59,884 nucleotides of DNA from Rhodospirillaceae bacterium (GTDB lineage: Bacteria; Pseudomonadota; Alphaproteobacteria; UBA8366), in the NCBI GenBank assembly GCA_002724395.1, contig PBOR01000022.1:16292-76175 (forward strand), given 5' to 3'. Both the position numbers and the translations under genes were made by a program. Positions 20,192 to 32,317 of the stretch are shown piece after piece. Position 1 is the first letter of the stretch. Every line of letters begins with the position of its first letter. The notes under the pieces are model-generated. The model ran no database searches and had not been told where the DNA came from. It saw only the letters and a list, made by a program, of their open reading frames with translations.

Positions 20192-21499
20192 TTATACGCC
20201 CGCCGGATAGACCGGAAACCGTTTACATAGCGAATCTACCTTTTCGCGGACCGCACTTTCTACTGACTCGTTGTTTTCACCGTTAGCAGCAAGACCGTCC
20301 AACACCTCTACTATCAATTCACCAACTAGGCGAAACTCCGCCTGACCAAACCCTCGTGTTGTTCCAGCCGGCGTACCAAGACGAATACCGGAAGTCACCA
20401 TTGGTTTTTCTGGATCAAAAGGAATCCCATTTTTGTTGCAGGTCAGGCCAGATCGCTCTAGCGCCCTTTCGGCAATGTTGCCAGTGAGGCTCTTGGGCCT
20501 GAGGTCAACTAAAATCAAATGAGTGTCCGTACCACCGGAGACAATATCAAGACCGCCCTCTAACAGAGTTTCGGATAGCGTCTTGGCATTATCGACAATA
20601 GACTGTGCATAAATCTTGAAAGAGGGCTTTAGCGCTTCACCAAAGGCAGCAGCCTTGCCAGCAATCATATGCATCAGAGGACCGCCTTGCGTCCCTGGAA
20701 AAATTGCCGAATTGAACTTTTTGGCCAAAGCCTCTTCATTCGTAAGGATCATACCGCCGCGAGCGCCGCGTAATGTCTTGTGAGTTGTAGTGGTAACTAC
20801 ATGAGCATGGGGTAATGGACTTGGATGAACGCCACCCGCGACCAGTCCAGAGAAATGAGCCATATCTACCATCAACAAAGCACCGACAGAATCTGCTATT
20901 TCTCGAAATTTAACAAAATCGATAAACCGAGGGTAAGCCGAGCCACCAGCGACAATAAGTTTAGGTTTATGTTCATCTGCCAGATGCGCTACTTCGTCAA
21001 AATCAACTAGCGCATCATCTTTCCGAACGCCATACTGAACAGCGTTAAACCATTTGCCAGACTGATTAGGAGGTGCACCATGGGTCAAATGCCCCCCAGC
21101 AGCTAGGGACATTCCCAAAATAGTATCTCCAGGCTGAATGGTTGCGAGATAAACCGCATTGTTCGCTTGTGCACCCGCATGGGGCTGCACATTTGCGAAT
21201 TGGCAACCAAACAGCTCCTTTGCACGATCAATCGCCAATTGTTCAGCCACATCCACAAATTCGCAGCCGCCATAATAGCGTCGCCCTGGATAGCCTTCGG
21301 CATATTTATTAGTAAGTACTGACCCGATTGCCTGCAATACAGATCGGCTAACGATATTTTCAGAAGCAATCAATTCTATTTGATTTTGCTGACGCGATAA
21401 TTCTTGGCCGACAGCGACAAACAGATCTGGATCAGTATCACCCAGTGACGCTGTAAAGAATCCGTCTTCCAAAATTTCTGCTGTATTAGCTTCTGCCAT
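20192..21499 (-). CDS. glyA: Serine hydroxymethyltransferase
   Basis: [45 protein letters not shown]. Confidence 0.98.
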   Translation of the reverse strand: MAEANTAEILEDGFFTASLGDTDPDLFVAVGQELSRQQNQIELIASENIVSRSVLQAIGSVLTNKYAEGYPGRRYYGGCEFVDVAEQLAIDRAKELFGCQFANVQPHAGAQANNAVYLATIQPGDTILGMSLAAGGHLTHGAPPNQSGKWFNAVQYGVRKDDALVDFDEVAHLADEHKPKLIVAGGSAYPRFIDFVKFREIADSVGALLMVDMAHFSGLVAGGVHPSPLPHAHVVTTTTHKTLRGARGGMILTNEEALAKKFNSAIFPGTQGGPLMHMIAGKAAAFGEALKPSFKIYAQSIVDNAKTLSETLLEGGLDIVSGGTDTHLILVDLRPKSLTGNIAERALERSGLTCNKNGIPFDPEKPMVTSGIRLGTPAGTTRGFGQAEFRLVGELIVEVLDGLAANGENNESVESAVREKVDSLCKRFPVYPAGV

Positions 21500-21535
21500 C
21501 GCTCTATCTAAACCTTCCTAATTATTACAAAATCT

Positions 21536-21970
21536 CTACGAAAACTTTTCAACTCGCCGTTGATGACGTCCGCCTTCAAATTCCGAATTCAAAAACACTC
21601 TCAAACAATCAAGCGCCACTTCTATCCCTGTAGTCCGCGCACCTAAAGCCAAAACATTGGCATTATTGTGCAGCCTTGCAAAGCGTGCATCTGTCTCACT
21701 ATGACACAACGCAGCGCGCACGTGCCGGTGGCGATTAGCCGCAATCGAAATGCCAATCCCAGTGCCACAAATCAAAACGCCCCGCATCGCCCTGCCCTTC
21801 AAAAGAGCCTCTGCTAAGTTATTGGAATAGTCCGGATAATCTACCGAACACGTGCTATTCGTCCCCAAATCAAGCACTTCATAGCCCATTTCTTCCAGAT
21901 ACTTTCCGATGGCCGCCTTCATCAAAAGACCTGCGTGATCTGATGCTATAACGACTTTTTCCTTAGCCAT
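21536..21970 (-). CDS. rpiB: Ribose-5-phosphate isomerase B
   Basis: SDHAG, SVDYPD, ICGTGIG, HNNAN, FEGGRHQRR; start at MAKEK. Confidence 0.95.
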   Translation of the reverse strand: MAKEKVVIASDHAGLLMKAAIGKYLEEMGYEVLDLGTNSTCSVDYPDYSNNLAEALLKGRAMRGVLICGTGIGISIAANRHRHVRAALCHSETDARFARLHNNANVLALGARTTGIEVALDCLRVFLNSEFEGGRHQRRVEKFS

Positions 21971-22374
21971 GAAAACCAAAACACTCTCAAACCCAAAATA
22001 AAGATAAAAAAACAAACGATGACAACCAGAATACCACATGTCGCGTAGTCTTGCCAGTCACACACAAGGTTTCGCGGTCTGGAGACACACTCTCGCGCAA
22101 TACAATAAATTAATAAGAAAAACAGTAGAGCTAGTAAAACAAAAAAGCTTGTAGTGTGTGATCAAAAGGTTGCACCAAAAAGGTACACTTTATGTAGTGA
22201 TTCATCAGATTTTCACTGGAATATATTGTGCTTTATTGTAATTTCATTACACCACTTCTCAAAATAACTTTAAGATAAAGTAGAGTATTTAATATTTTTT
22301 CTTTAATTTTATTGACATAATTAAAGTTCTATGGGATTTACTAGTCATAAATTAGAAAAAGAATAGGATTACGG

Positions 22375-22803
22375 GTGATGCACCAACAATTCGCAGAGAA
22401 TAGGGGGCAGAAGACTGACATTTTGCGTATGACTGCCGATGTCGTTTCTGCATATGTTGGCAACAATACTTTGCCAGCCACTGAACTTAATGACGTTATT
22501 CACCTCGTTTATGGCTCATTACAGAAGCTTAATGATGGCCAAACAAATAGCTTCCGCTCTAAATCAAAAGTTGCAGTGCGGAAATCCATCACACCTGACT
22601 ATATTGTCTGCTTCGAGGATGGAAAGAAATTGAAGATGTTAAAACGTCATCTTCGCACCGTCTACGGCCTGACGCCTCAAGAATACCGTGCCAAGTGGGG
22701 GCTGCCTGCGGACTATCCAATGGTAGCGCCCAATTATTCGCGACAACGCTCTGCTTTCGCAAAAAAAATCGGCTTAGGCCGAACTGCAAGTGGCGTCGCG
22801 TAA
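22375..22803 (+). CDS. mucR: MucR/Ros family nucleoid-associated regulator
   Basis: TADVVSAYV, KSITPDYIVCFEDGKKLKMLKRHL, YRAKWGLPADYPMVAPNY, GLGR. Confidence 0.95.
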   Translation: MMHQQFAENRGQKTDILRMTADVVSAYVGNNTLPATELNDVIHLVYGSLQKLNDGQTNSFRSKSKVAVRKSITPDYIVCFEDGKKLKMLKRHLRTVYGLTPQEYRAKWGLPADYPMVAPNYSRQRSAFAKKIGLGRTASGVA

Positions 22804-22842
22804 ATGTTCCCCAACGAAAATTAAAAAAAGTAATTATAGACT

Positions 22843-22872
22843 GGCCGGTCCATGTGACCGGCCTTTTTTTTT
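22843..22872 (+). terminator. Intrinsic terminator of mucR
   Basis: GGCCGGTC-CATGT-GACCGGCC followed by T9. Confidence 0.88.
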
Positions 22873-22883
22873 ACCATAGCAGC

Positions 22884-23087
22884 CTAACAAACGTTCTCTT
22901 CCGCCTTTTTCTTCATCACATATTCTAATTTGAGGAGACCAGCTTTACGCAAGGCGCGGTCGCCACGACGCGGATCACCAACTATCGACGCCTCGATACC
23001 AGTGCGAGTATCAACGGCGGTTACTTTCACATATCGGCCGATCGTGACCATTTCGATTATAGATCCGTGAGATTCTTTTTTGTCCAT
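22884..23087 (-). CDS. Small conserved protein (DUF6898-like)
   Basis: 67 aa, IIEM..IG.YVKVTAVD..TG.E.SIVG...KL.Y pattern. Confidence 0.65.
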   Translation of the reverse strand: MDKKESHGSIIEMVTIGRYVKVTAVDTRTGIEASIVGDPRRGDRALRKAGLLKLEYVMKKKAEENVC

Positions 23088-23119
23088 AGCATTAGTCTAG
23101 CCGGATTAGCCATATTACT

Positions 23120-23827
23120 TCAAACGAGCCTTTTAAAATTATTGTAAATTCGACGCGCTATCCGGTTTAACTGAGGCAACGCGTCTTCAACGGCACTGGC
23201 GAGTAGTGATTCGCCTCCAAGTCCTAAAGAGTTTTTAAGGGACTCAGCGTAGGCCGGAACCTTCGCCCAATTATCAACTGTCTCCCCCGTGACCTCCATG
23301 TGATATTGTAAGCCATAAACCCTCTCGCCATATCTAAATGCTTGACAATCACAGCCTGCAGAGGCGGCAAGCAACACCGCGTCTCGGGGTAAAGTGTTTA
23401 CCTCCGAGCCATGCCACTGCAAACATATGTTGTGCCTATCAACGCTATCAAATAACGGGTCAACAATGCCGGCATCCGTAAGTTTGATTGTCTGAACACC
23501 CACCTCTGGATCAGCCATGGGGGCTACAAACCCACCAAGGGCGTCAGCCAATAATTGGTGTCCCAGGCATATTCCCAAGACCGGCTTTTCCGCTTGGACC
23601 CAATCCCTGATCGCCTGCTTTTCCGATATTAGCCACGGATACTTATTTTCTTCCCACACATCCATTGGCCCGCCCATAATCCAAAGCGCATCATAGTTCG
23701 CATGTTCTGGCGCAGCATCACCAGAATACCATTCCACAACATCACAAGTGACGCTATCTTCACGCAAAAACGTTCGGAAAATCCCAGGATGCTCGACTTC
23801 AATATGTTGATATACCAAAACCCGCAT
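23120..23827 (-). CDS. Type 1 glutamine amidotransferase-like protein
   Basis: QHIEVEHPG, MGGPM, GICLGHQ (Cys), QWH, QYHME (His-x-Glu). Confidence 0.9.
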   Translation of the reverse strand: MRVLVYQHIEVEHPGIFRTFLREDSVTCDVVEWYSGDAAPEHANYDALWIMGGPMDVWEENKYPWLISEKQAIRDWVQAEKPVLGICLGHQLLADALGGFVAPMADPEVGVQTIKLTDAGIVDPLFDSVDRHNICLQWHGSEVNTLPRDAVLLAASAGCDCQAFRYGERVYGLQYHMEVTGETVDNWAKVPAYAESLKNSLGLGGESLLASAVEDALPQLNRIARRIYNNFKRLV

Positions 23828-23841
23828 TATAGGCTTACAGA

Positions 23842-24873
23842 CTATAATCTTTTTGTAACACCGCCACGCCCACCAGTGTTTAATCGGTCTGCATATTCCG
23901 GCGCGAGAGCGCGACCATTGGGAATATTAACCCAAAGACGCAATAGCAATCTGCGCTTTTCTTCCTCATCCCAGTCTACAAACCGACCCCGGCTATGCAT
24001 CGTCGTATGATTATTAAGTAATTGTATATCGCCAGGCTCGAAGGTCATGGGTAAAAGAAAATCTTCGGATACGGCTAAATTTTCTACTAAATCGATAGCT
24101 TCTTGCTGTGCTTGGGTTAGTGGCTCCTGAGCTCGCTGGGCACCGAGCTCAATCTGTTGTTTATTAAACCGGCATGAGAGCAATCCGTCGAACCAGCTAT
24201 AGACCGGAATTCGATTATTAGAGAGTTCAACAGCTGTTCGCCCCTTACCTATCAGGTCGTAGTGAAACCCATTTAATAGTGGTTCCAATAGCTCGGGACG
24301 AGTTACCCTAATGCGGTTATAAACCGACATCGAAGAAGCAATCCAGCTTTCACCGCCCTTTTTCGCGGGCCTTACACACATAAGACCTACCAGGTCTGAA
24401 GAATCTGTATGAGGTGCAAGCAACGCGTTAGTCCGATGACCACGGACACCTTCCTCATAATATCCGCCTTGAGTATACTTACCACCTTCCATGTCTTTAA
24501 CGTGGCCAAGCAAATCGCCTTGGCTGTTTTGAGAAATAGTTTGGCCCAAATACGTACCAAGACCCCAATATAGCACGGATAATTTGTCCAAAGCATAATC
24601 CGCTACATTTAGCCCGCGCATTAGCACGAAACCGCGCCCATATTCTATTTCGTGAAGCAAGGAACTGATTTTCGGCCCCAGGGATGGTAACGGAAAATCT
24701 TTTTGGCGAAATTCGAGTGGAGAGACGCCGCGGTTATATAATGCGGTGGTCGCCTTCTCAAGCTCGTCTAAATCTTCGTCCGACAGTTGAAAAACCCAGG
24801 ATTGATCCTGTTCCATTTCTACGCGCGTCCATGCGGACGGTCCTGTCGCCTCGGGCGGCAAACGCATATCCAT
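23842..24873 (-). CDS. TauD/TfdA (clavaminate synthase-like) Fe(II)/2-oxoglutarate dioxygenase
   Basis: GRGFVL.RG, HTD, GG.S, PGDIQLLNN..MHSR, RLLLRLW. Confidence 0.88.
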   Translation of the reverse strand: MDMRLPPEATGPSAWTRVEMEQDQSWVFQLSDEDLDELEKATTALYNRGVSPLEFRQKDFPLPSLGPKISSLLHEIEYGRGFVLMRGLNVADYALDKLSVLYWGLGTYLGQTISQNSQGDLLGHVKDMEGGKYTQGGYYEEGVRGHRTNALLAPHTDSSDLVGLMCVRPAKKGGESWIASSMSVYNRIRVTRPELLEPLLNGFHYDLIGKGRTAVELSNNRIPVYSWFDGLLSCRFNKQQIELGAQRAQEPLTQAQQEAIDLVENLAVSEDFLLPMTFEPGDIQLLNNHTTMHSRGRFVDWDEEEKRRLLLRLWVNIPNGRALAPEYADRLNTGGRGGVTKRL

Positions 24874-25047
24874 CGCCAGGTAATCTCCAACTACAATTAA
24901 TTGACCCTGTGTTTAGCAATCCCTGGAGGTTTCTGGCAATGGCTTACGTGTCGACACTTGACATCAACGCTAGACGCATGGCTTTTCGGCCATACAACAA
25001 AAGATTTTGCTGAAGAATTTGGATATCACCATACTAGGGAGTTGATC

Positions 25048-27457
<2,410 letters not shown>

Positions 27458-27597
27458 ACACTTTTTCCACCTTATCTTGGATTAGTCATTCGTTGAGAAA
27501 TACGGTACCGCATCCGCTAGCCACAATTCGCAATTGATCATACTATGAAAACCCCATGGGCTTTAGTAACTGACCAACCCTCCTCGCATGATCGGTA

Positions 27598-28380
27598 TTA
27601 TTTTTTTCGATTAAGAAATGCAGTCATTAGAGTGTTCGGCTCATCAGTCGCATAACAGCCGGCGATAGCTTGAATGCCGACCTTGGCCGCATCCGTATAG
27701 GACATACGTTCCCAATCGTTGATTAACGCCTTTTGAACTCGGATCGCATTGGACCCACACAACAGTAACGAGGCTATCCATTCCTCTACCGCTTGGTCCA
27801 GCTGATCATAGGGCACTAGCTTTTGTAGATAACCATATTCGTGGGCCTGTTGAGCAGTAATGTGATCGCCAGTCAGCACCAGTTCAACCGATTTGCCCCA
27901 GCCCATTAAACGCGGCAACAACACAGCTTCCATACCCGATGGAATACCGAAGCGTGTTTCCGGCATCCCGTATTTGCCGTGATCTGCGCCAACGCGCATA
28001 TCAGCAGCGGCAGCGATCTCCATGCCCGAGCCAAAGCAATAGCCATTGATGCGAGCAATCACTGGGACCGGGAAATTTCGTACAGCATCACAAGCGTAAT
28101 GGGTCAATGTCGAGGATTTTTCCCCTTGAGCCGGATCATAGTGTGCCATCTCGGCAAGGTTACTACCACCAACGAAGGACTTATCTCCAGCACCAGTGAG
28201 GATAATAGCTCGCAATGTCTCGTCATGCTTAAGTTCAGCTATCACATCAATAAATCTCTGCTTTCCAGCTAGCCCCAAAGAATTTCGCTTCTCCGGATTA
28301 TTAAACATTACTGTCGCAATGCGTCCCTTATCACTTCGATCATCATATTTAACCAGTACTAATGAATTTGTATCTTTCAT
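27598..28380 (-). CDS. Enoyl-CoA hydratase/isomerase family protein
   Basis: ILTGAG..SFVGG, PVIARINGYCFGSGME, MPETRFGIP; start at MKDTN after AGGGAAG. Confidence 0.88.
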   Translation of the reverse strand: MKDTNSLVLVKYDDRSDKGRIATVMFNNPEKRNSLGLAGKQRFIDVIAELKHDETLRAIILTGAGDKSFVGGSNLAEMAHYDPAQGEKSSTLTHYACDAVRNFPVPVIARINGYCFGSGMEIAAAADMRVGADHGKYGMPETRFGIPSGMEAVLLPRLMGWGKSVELVLTGDHITAQQAHEYGYLQKLVPYDQLDQAVEEWIASLLLCGSNAIRVQKALINDWERMSYTDAAKVGIQAIAGCYATDEPNTLMTAFLNRKK

Positions 28381-28484
28381 AAGACTTCCCTTGCCGTTGC
28401 AATCAAGCATTCTTACCTTCACCATGTAGTCGGCACGATAGCATGAGCTGCGCGAGCGAAGTACAAACTAAATGAGTAACCGCC

Positions 28485-30872
28485 GTGACGGAAGGTCTTC
28501 AGAAAAGGAACTGTCTATACCGCCTCATTCAAAGTGCTGGATATCTGATAGTGCTAGTCATTTTCGGCACCAGCGGCATCTACCTTTGGCTCCAATCTTC
28601 CTTACCAAAAATTGATGGTATGATTTCCGTTCCGGGTTTGGGTGCGCCGGTAGAAATTGTAAGAGACACAAATGCGGTTCCACATATCTTTGCCGAAAGA
28701 TCGGAGGACGCCTACTTCGCTCTTGGCCTATCCCACGCTCAAGACCGGCTCTGGCAAATGGAGATAATGCGCCGCACAGGTGCCGGACGCCTATCAGAAA
28801 TAATGGGCGTACCAACCCTTCCTATCGATAAATTCACGCGCACACTCGGATTCTATAAAAGTGCGGAAGCGCGCGCCGAAGAAATGCCACCAGATCTCAA
28901 AAAACAGATGGATGCTTATGCCGCCGGCGTCAACTACTATATCGACCACCATGACGGGACTTTATCGCCCGAATTCATCCTGCTCAACCACACCCCAGAA
29001 CCTTGGCGCACAGCAGATAGTCTTGTGTGGTCGCGTATGATGGCATTTCGCTTATCGCAAAATTGGTGGAAAGAACTGTTTCGTTTGAGGTTACAAACAG
29101 TTTTCACCAAACCCCAGATAGACGATTTCTGGCCTTCCGGCGACATCGGCCCAGTAACACTGGACAACCCAAACCAAGCAGCCTCACTCATGAAAGCAGT
29201 ACCGCCAGCGTTCCGACCAAAGAGCGCGTCTAATGCCTGGGTACTTTCGGGAAAACGAACTGCATCGGGGAAACCCATTCTTGCGAATGATCCGCATCTT
29301 GGTTTTGACGCACCTGGCCTTTGGTATCTGGCGCGTATCAAAACGCCAAGATTTGAGGTTACCGGAGCGACGGTGCCTGGCGTACCCATCACTGTAATTG
29401 GCCATAACGGAACAATCGCTTGGGGCCTAACCACTACTGGTGGGGATAGTCAGGATTTATTCGTCGAGAAAATCGACCCCGAAGACAAAAACCGATATTT
29501 GACTCCTGATGGCTCGCGCGCCTTTCACGTCCGAACCGAAATCATCAAAGTGAAAGGAATAGATTCGGTTGTTTTAAATGTACGTGTCACTCGAAATGGG
29601 CCAGTTATTTCTGATATTTCAACACAAACTAAAAGGTTAAAACTCGCTGGACAATTGCTAGCACTCAAGAGCATTGCAGCACGCGCAGATGACCGAACGC
29701 ATGAAGCGCTATACCGGATCAACCGGGCACAAGACTGGAAAAAATTCTTGGCGGCGACGAAGCTTTTCCATAGCCCACAACAAAATTTATTTTATGCAGA
29801 CATCACCGGAGAGATTGGCATGATCGCGCCGGCTCGACTTCCTCTCCGCAACGGCTGGGACGGACGTTGGCCTGCGGACGGCGTAAATCGAGACCACCGG
29901 TGGATGGGTTTCATTCCATTCGACGGATTACCGAAAATACACAACCCATCGGTTGGCTTTATTGGTAACGCGAATAACCAATTGGTACCAAGCTCCTATC
30001 CGCACCTCATCACTAAGGACTGGGATGCACCCTACCGCGCGCGTCGCTTGAAAGACCTTGTAGCGAGAAATTCCAAACATACACTCGACGATAGTGCTAC
30101 CTGGCAAATGGACCGCACCTCTGAAGCGGCAAGAGAGTTGCTTCCCTTAATGCTTCATCAGCTTCAAGAGAGGGAAACGCAAGTACTAAAGCGCTTAATT
30201 GCATGGGATTATCAAATGGATAAGGGCAAGCCTGAGCCTTTGGTATATAGCGCCTGGGTTCGCTTTTTTATGATTGAATTGATGAAACCCTACGGCCTTG
30301 AAGATTTGGCGCCTATGCCCGCCTTTTTGATCAAGGTGCTACGAGATAAACCTAATTGGTGTGACCAGCCCAAAACTAAGAAACGGGAGACATGCAAGCC
30401 ACTTCTCACCGCAAGTCTGGTAAAAGCCCTCAAAAAAATTTCGCAACATCTGGGCAAAAATATTGACAATTGGAAATGGGGAGAAATGCACCGCGCCACT
30501 TTCAAGCATCAATTATTCGACCGTATACCTATTATAAAACTTTGGGGAAATCTAAGTATTCCAACTGACGGCGGCGATCATACGCTTAATCGAGGGCAAA
30601 CTACCTTCGGTGACGACGGTCTTAATCCCTTCAGCCACCGCCATGGCGCCGGGTTTAGGGTGATTTATGATTTGAGTAGTTTACAGCGAAGTCGCTTCAT
30701 TATCGCTACCGGACAATCAGGAAATATTTTTTCTAAATATTACCGAAATTTTTTAAAACCGTGGCGGGATGGAGCGTATATCCAGATCTATGGTAAACCA
30801 AATAAGATTAGAAAGCGTGCACTTGGCACACTCCTACTTATCCCGACAAAGCTGGCTGAAAAAAGGTGGTAA
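28485..30872 (+). CDS. Penicillin acylase family Ntn-hydrolase (QuiP/PvdQ-like), membrane anchored
   Basis: N-terminal TM, RD..AVPHIFA, HAQDRLWQME, beta-chain start SNAWV, LANDPHL, NANN, GQSG. Confidence 0.9.
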   Translation: MTEGLQKRNCLYRLIQSAGYLIVLVIFGTSGIYLWLQSSLPKIDGMISVPGLGAPVEIVRDTNAVPHIFAERSEDAYFALGLSHAQDRLWQMEIMRRTGAGRLSEIMGVPTLPIDKFTRTLGFYKSAEARAEEMPPDLKKQMDAYAAGVNYYIDHHDGTLSPEFILLNHTPEPWRTADSLVWSRMMAFRLSQNWWKELFRLRLQTVFTKPQIDDFWPSGDIGPVTLDNPNQAASLMKAVPPAFRPKSASNAWVLSGKRTASGKPILANDPHLGFDAPGLWYLARIKTPRFEVTGATVPGVPITVIGHNGTIAWGLTTTGGDSQDLFVEKIDPEDKNRYLTPDGSRAFHVRTEIIKVKGIDSVVLNVRVTRNGPVISDISTQTKRLKLAGQLLALKSIAARADDRTHEALYRINRAQDWKKFLAATKLFHSPQQNLFYADITGEIGMIAPARLPLRNGWDGRWPADGVNRDHRWMGFIPFDGLPKIHNPSVGFIGNANNQLVPSSYPHLITKDWDAPYRARRLKDLVARNSKHTLDDSATWQMDRTSEAARELLPLMLHQLQERETQVLKRLIAWDYQMDKGKPEPLVYSAWVRFFMIELMKPYGLEDLAPMPAFLIKVLRDKPNWCDQPKTKKRETCKPLLTASLVKALKKISQHLGKNIDNWKWGEMHRATFKHQLFDRIPIIKLWGNLSIPTDGGDHTLNRGQTTFGDDGLNPFSHRHGAGFRVIYDLSSLQRSRFIIATGQSGNIFSKYYRNFLKPWRDGAYIQIYGKPNKIRKRALGTLLLIPTKLAEKRW

Positions 30873-30890
30873 TATAGCCGTGAACTTTAA

Positions 30891-31324
30891 AACATCAAAG
30901 ACACCGTTCGAAACATAGCGGGCAAGGTGGCCGCAGCAGCCCCACTAGCGGCGCTCATGAAACAAACGGACTGCTTTGACGGCAAAAAAGTAGCGTTTGT
31001 TGTGAGCCGCGCGAATAGTAGTTCACGCCTTCTCGCATCCATCATAATGAGTAGTATAGTACGCAATGGCCGAATCATAACCCTGCGGATATCAATGAGT
31101 GACAATTCTGGCGCACTTGCTAACGGTGCCACCCACATCGACGAAACAGGCGGTAATATGTTTGAAATCGTTCATAAAAGGCTCTTTTACGATGTGCCAG
31201 TGAATCAACCCAAGCGGATATTGTGGTCGAAACCCATGATCAAAGCTATGTTCGGGACATTGTTACACGCCTGCCCGCTGCAGACTTCCCGTGCCGACAA
31301 CTTTCTGCCACCGCTGACGGCTAA
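30891..31324 (+). pseudogene. 3' remnant of threonine ammonia-lyase (IlvA/TdcB-type with C-terminal ACT domain), frameshifted
   Basis: AAAPLAAL...FDGKKVAFVVSRAN..RLLASII...SDNSGALA...GGN.FEIVH.RLF.DVP, then in a shifted frame from 31205 STQADIVVETHD..VRDIV.RL..ADF to TAA 31324; no N-terminal PLP domain. Confidence 0.8.
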
Positions 31325-31376
31325 TGCCCAATAAAATTTAATCGAATGGGTTCTAGACTCTCTTTACCTTTTTTCC

Positions 31377-31400
31377 TTACATTCTAATTAACATTAGAAT
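31377..31400. promoter_or_regulatory. CtrA-like box overlapping a perfect palindrome upstream of motA
   Basis: TTAC-N7-TTAAC at 31377-31392; ATTCTAAT-TAAC-ATTAGAAT at 31381-31400. Confidence 0.5.
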
Positions 31401-31426
31401 TATCCCATAGCTTTCGACAGGGTCGC

Positions 31427-32287
31427 ATGTTTGTAATTATCGGAATGGTTGTTGTTACCCTTAGCATTCTCGGCGGTTACGTCGCGTTAGGCGGTAAACT
31501 TGGCGTGCTGTGGCAGCCGTTTGAGGTGGTTATAATTGGTGGCTCCGGCCTCGGCGCCTTTATTCTTGCCAACCCACCCGTCGTCCTTAAAAGAGCTGTT
31601 AGTTCTTACATAGGTATACTCAAGGGACCCAAATACAAAAAAGAGGACTACATTGAACTTCTTTGCATGCTCTATCAGACATGTCGTCTGGCGAAGACCA
31701 AAGGTATGCTGGCATTGGAAGCGCACGTGGATAAACCTGAAAGCAGTCCGCTTTTTGAGCCATTCCCTACCTTCAAATCCGACCATCACGCCGTAGAATT
31801 TCTCTGCGATTATTTGCGCTTGATGACACTGGGAACGGACAATGCAATGGAGGTAGAAACCCTCATGGACATTGAGTTGGACGTACACCATGGCGAGGCG
31901 CATCGGGTATTCCACGCGGCAAACACAATGGCGGAAGCCTTTCCAGGCCTCGGCATTGTGGCTGCCGTCTTGGGCGTGATTAAAACTATGGGATCTATCG
32001 CCGAACCACCAGAAGTGCTCGGCGCCCTAATCGGAGCAGCCTTAGTGGGGACATTCCTCGGCATTTTGCTTTGCTACGGATTCTTCGGACCGATGGCTGC
32101 CGCCATCGCTGGCATAGATGAGGACGACCATCAATATTATGTGGTCATGAAGATAGCGCTGTTAGCCCATTTGCAAGGGTACGCCCCGGCGGTATCAGTC
32201 GAATTCGCACGAAAAACCTTAATGAGTAACGTGAGACCTACCTTCGCAGAACTGGAAGAAGCGACAGGCAATCTAGATCCAATTTAA
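31427..32287 (+). CDS. motA: Flagellar stator A subunit
   Basis: GGY...GG...LWQPFE..IIGG, KTKGMLALE, FLCDYLR, PGLGIVAAVLG, GAALVGTFLG..YG, AVSVEFARK...RPTF.ELE. Confidence 0.94.
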   Translation: MFVIIGMVVVTLSILGGYVALGGKLGVLWQPFEVVIIGGSGLGAFILANPPVVLKRAVSSYIGILKGPKYKKEDYIELLCMLYQTCRLAKTKGMLALEAHVDKPESSPLFEPFPTFKSDHHAVEFLCDYLRLMTLGTDNAMEVETLMDIELDVHHGEAHRVFHAANTMAEAFPGLGIVAAVLGVIKTMGSIAEPPEVLGALIGAALVGTFLGILLCYGFFGPMAAAIAGIDEDDHQYYVVMKIALLAHLQGYAPAVSVEFARKTLMSNVRPTFAELEEATGNLDPI

Positions 32288-32317
32288 GGCTCTAAATTTA
32301 GAAAGACGCTAAAAGCC

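Noticed and set aside
24874-25047. SAM-II/SAM-V riboswitch upstream of metY
   Set aside because: Only a small ATGGC-TTTTCG-GCCAT hairpin is visible; the pseudoknot and GCTAAA-type consensus near the RBS are not. An Rfam scan would settle it.
30927-31334. Intact stand-alone ACT-domain protein
   Set aside because: Family similarity moves to another frame at about 31203 and key motifs are eroded, so it is treated as a pseudogene.
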